DNA of 57,588 bases from assembly GCA_965662175.1 (NCBI GenBank), contig CBFIGT010000003.1:1-57588 (forward strand), given 5' to 3'. Below the pieces are notes generated by a model. The model had not been told where the DNA came from and did not search any database. It saw nothing but the letters and a program-made list of their open reading frames with translations. Positions 54,668 through 57,588 of the stretch are shown here, piece by piece. Origin of the DNA: Arcobacter sp. Its GTDB lineage: Bacteria > Campylobacterota > Campylobacteria > Campylobacterales > Arcobacteraceae. The first letter of the stretch is position 1, and each line of letters starts with the position of its first letter. The position numbers and the translations under genes are program-made.

Positions 54668-55960
54668 CTAAGAGTTGATTTGTATTTCATTTACTCTTAT
54701 TTTTATTTTACTTTGTATTAAATCTAAGTGCATCATCAAATTATAATACTCTCCCATAAATGATAATGGTACTTTTGTTTCATCTTGAATTTCTATATTT
54801 AAAGAGCTTAATTTTTCATCAAAATTTTGTAACTCTTCTAAGTTTGAGTTTGCAACTTTTTTATCAATCTCATTTAGCATTTTATACCATCTATATATTT
54901 TACTTCGCATACTCCATTGATAAAGAGGAAAAACACCTTTTAAAAGTGGGAACATTAAAGTAAGTAGAGGGATTAAAAGAATTTTTAATCTATCTATATT
55001 TGATGCTATCCAATATGGAAATATAGACTCAAGCCATGTATCTCCGTTTTTGAAATATTGCTCTGCTTCTTTGTTTATCTTTAAGTTTGTATTTAAAAGA
55101 TTTGGAAATTGATTCTCTTTTGCAAAAAGAGATTTTTTACTATGTACTTCTTTTACTTGTTTTAAAAATATTCTTGTTAACTCTTCAGGAACATTTGGAT
55201 TTACCAATAAATTTGCACTAGTTGAGAGTAAGTTTATATTTTCATCGGGAAGGTTTTTATATAAATCAAGAGTACCCTCATGCAAAGTAAGAGCCTCTAA
55301 AAAACTATATTTTTGTCCATAAGCTTTTGCTCTTTTTATACTTAAAACATTGATTTTTGGATTTTCTAATAACTCTTTTACATCTTGTGATTCATGTGAA
55401 GTGACCATAAACATAGCATCAATTTCACCACTTAGAAGTTTTTTCTTAGCTTCACCATCACTATAGTTTAAAATTGTACTATTTTGTTTATCTATGCCAT
55501 TATCAGCTAAAAGTCTAGAGGCTAAATCTTTAGTGCCACTGCCTTGCTTTCCAATAGATATTCTTTTTGAAATAAGTTGGATTAAATACTCCATTTGGTA
55601 GTTATCATTTTTGTAAAATATCCACAATGGCTCATAATAGATATTTGCTAAAAACTCTAAATTTGTTTTTTCGGGAGTTAATATACCATTTTGTACGAAA
55701 CCAATATCAGCTTTTCCCTCTTCCAAAAGTTTTACATTTTCAACTGAACCTGCTGTATTTAAAAGAGTTACCTCTATATTATTTGCTTCCAAAAGTTTTT
55801 TGTACTCTTGTGCTACTTTGTAGTAGTTGCCATTTTTAGAACCTGTTGCTATAACTAATTTTTTTTCAGGTGCTGGTTGAATAAACCTTGATGTAATAAA
55901 AAACATCAAAAAAATCAATGCTAAAATAGGCAGTGATATTTTTAAAAAACTGTATTTCAT
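54668..55960 (-). CDS. TAXI-family solute-binding protein with C-terminal extension
   Basis: IATG..G.YY, TAGSVEN, GFVQ and G..GSGT motifs. Confidence 0.8.
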   Translation of the reverse strand: MKYSFLKISLPILALIFLMFFITSRFIQPAPEKKLVIATGSKNGNYYKVAQEYKKLLEANNIEVTLLNTAGSVENVKLLEEGKADIGFVQNGILTPEKTNLEFLANIYYEPLWIFYKNDNYQMEYLIQLISKRISIGKQGSGTKDLASRLLADNGIDKQNSTILNYSDGEAKKKLLSGEIDAMFMVTSHESQDVKELLENPKINVLSIKRAKAYGQKYSFLEALTLHEGTLDLYKNLPDENINLLSTSANLLVNPNVPEELTRIFLKQVKEVHSKKSLFAKENQFPNLLNTNLKINKEAEQYFKNGDTWLESIFPYWIASNIDRLKILLIPLLTLMFPLLKGVFPLYQWSMRSKIYRWYKMLNEIDKKVANSNLEELQNFDEKLSSLNIEIQDETKVPLSFMGEYYNLMMHLDLIQSKIKIRVNEIQINS

Positions 55961-56021
55961 AAAATTTCCTTATGAAGATACTTTATTAAAAGTTATATTA
56001 TAAAATCATAAAAAAGAGCTC

Positions 56022-57587
56022 TTATATTACCTTTCTATTTTTATATGCCAAAGCAATTATAATAAACAAGATAAAAAGTGAAATAGGCACAAAAGTTGGT
56101 ATTGGTATTGGATCACCTGCTGCATATGAGTGTTTTCCACTTAAAAAATAGTTTACTCCAAAATATGTCATTATTATTGAAAAATAACTAATCGTTGATA
56201 ATAAAGAAAAAGTAAATTCACTTAAAAAGTTTTTTACATACTTAAGGTGTATAATGATTGTATAAATTATAATTGATATCAAAGTCCAAGTCTCTTTTGG
56301 GTCCCAACCCCAATATCTTCCCCAAGATTCATTTGCCCAAATTCCACCTAAAAAGTTTCCAATTACTAAAAAAACTAAACCTACAAAAATTGCCATCATA
56401 TTAATTCTATTTGCCTCTTTTATACTAAGAAGTATTCTGAAAAATCTCTCATTTTCATTTTTTGCATTTGCAAAAATAAAGAGGCATAAGGTAATAAATC
56501 CCAATAATGCACTAAGTGCTAGAAAACCATAACTAGCTGTAATAACGCTTACATGAATAGTAAGCCAATATGATTTTAAAACAGGAGTTAATGTTGTAAT
56601 TTGTGGTTCCATCCAACTTAAATGGGCAACAAAAAGAGTAATTCCACTTAAAATAGAAGTTGTAGCTAGTGCTAAAGTAGAGTGTTTTGAGAAAAATATA
56701 CCTGATATTATAATAGCCCAAGCAATATAAATCATAGATTCATATCCATTTGACCAAGGTGCATGACCTGAAATATACCATCTTAAAGCTAATCCAAATG
56801 TATGAACAATAAAAGCCAAAATCAATAGATATAAAGTTAGTTTTGAAAAAATAGGAATATTAAAATTTGGATTAAAAATATTTAAAAAAACCACAATCAA
56901 TAATAAAAAACCTAAAATAAGATAAAAAGGAGTTAGTTTTTCAAAAAGATTATATTTATTGAAAATTAATTCAGCTTTTACTTTTAAGCTACTAGGAATA
57001 ATATTAGAGTTTGCCTCTTGAAATGATACAATCTCTTCTAAATTTTTATCAGCAAGTAGCCAATTATCATTTTCAACTGCATTTATAAGTGAAAAGTAGT
57101 AGTTTTTAATTAATCTGTTAATCTCTTTTGCATTAATATCATTAATTTGGCTAATCTCATTTAAGTTTACCCATTTATTTTCACTACTATTTTTTAAAGG
57201 AAATGCCTTAAAAAAATCACCAATAAAAAGTGTATAGGCAATATTTAATCTTTCATCAATTTTGATTAACTCTTTATCAAATTTATCCCTTTGGGAAGCT
57301 TTTTTACTATTTGCTATTTCTAAATATTTTTCAAGTTTATATGAACCATCTTTGTTGTAAATATCATTAAATTTAAATAATTTTTCTGAATCTTTGATAT
57401 TTAAAACTCTTTTCATTGCAGGTGTTTTTACTTTAAATATCTCTATTTTTTTCCAAATATCAGGATAAAGCATCATACTTAGAAAAACTTGATTTGCATC
57501 TAAATTATAAATACTATTTTTTCTTGCAATTTTATTTATAATCTCTATTGCTAGGGAGTTTACAGGTTTTATTCTTCCTTGATAATC
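56022..57587 (-). CDS. ccsA: System II cytochrome c synthase CcsBA/NrfI-type (5' end outside window)
   Basis: WLTIH and WANESWGRYWGWDPKETW motifs; frame stays open to the window edge (DYQGRIKP...). Confidence 0.9.
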   Translation of the reverse strand, partial: DYQGRIKPVNSLAIEIINKIARKNSIYNLDANQVFLSMMLYPDIWKKIEIFKVKTPAMKRVLNIKDSEKLFKFNDIYNKDGSYKLEKYLEIANSKKASQRDKFDKELIKIDERLNIAYTLFIGDFFKAFPLKNSSENKWVNLNEISQINDINAKEINRLIKNYYFSLINAVENDNWLLADKNLEEIVSFQEANSNIIPSSLKVKAELIFNKYNLFEKLTPFYLILGFLLLIVVFLNIFNPNFNIPIFSKLTLYLLILAFIVHTFGLALRWYISGHAPWSNGYESMIYIAWAIIISGIFFSKHSTLALATTSILSGITLFVAHLSWMEPQITTLTPVLKSYWLTIHVSVITASYGFLALSALLGFITLCLFIFANAKNENERFFRILLSIKEANRINMMAIFVGLVFLVIGNFLGGIWANESWGRYWGWDPKETWTLISIIIYTIIIHLKYVKNFLSEFTFSLLSTISYFSIIMTYFGVNYFLSGKHSYAAGDPIPIPTFVPISLFILFIIIALAYKNRKVI

Positions 57588-57588
57588 T

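Noticed and set aside
56022..57588. Apparently short 484-aa ccsA
   Set aside because: The frame stays open to the window edge; the gene is cut by the window, not a pseudogene.
1..57588. CRISPR array, tRNA/rRNA, IS or prophage
   Set aside because: Intergenic gaps are all short, with no spaced repeats, cloverleaf-like sequence, transposase or integrase recognised.

Overview
AT-rich core-chromosome segment from a Campylobacterota bacterium, most likely Arcobacteraceae (inferred from gene order, the diheme cytochrome c1, standalone atpB and protein similarity as I recognise it). It holds about 61 densely packed, mostly housekeeping genes: plsY, nadAC, lpxC-tsaB-thrB-ylxR-infB-rbfA-rimP-ribD, pheST-aroA-ispH-rpsA-serA-efp, fabG-acpP-fabF-accA, moeA-queCDE, petABC, argB-thrC, addA, atpB, ilvA, trmD-rplS, znuCB, mgtE, coaX-hisG, trpS and a partial ccsBA. 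I saw no rRNA, tRNA, CRISPR array, IS element or prophage. The best candidates for something undescribed are four. (1) A translationally coupled nucleosidase plus spore-photoproduct-lyase-like radical SAM pair, with an SDR nearby, in a non-sporulating organism; the enzyme appears to lack the SplB H-atom relay residues. (2) An ~85-nt non-coding transcript at the left edge with a perfect TTGACA-17-TATAAT promoter, a hairpin and a terminator. (3) A cytochrome c'-like gene whose signal peptide can only start at an ATC codon. (4) An FNR/CRP-like box positioned at about -41.5 of petABC. All functional calls come from motif recognition by eye; no database searches were run.
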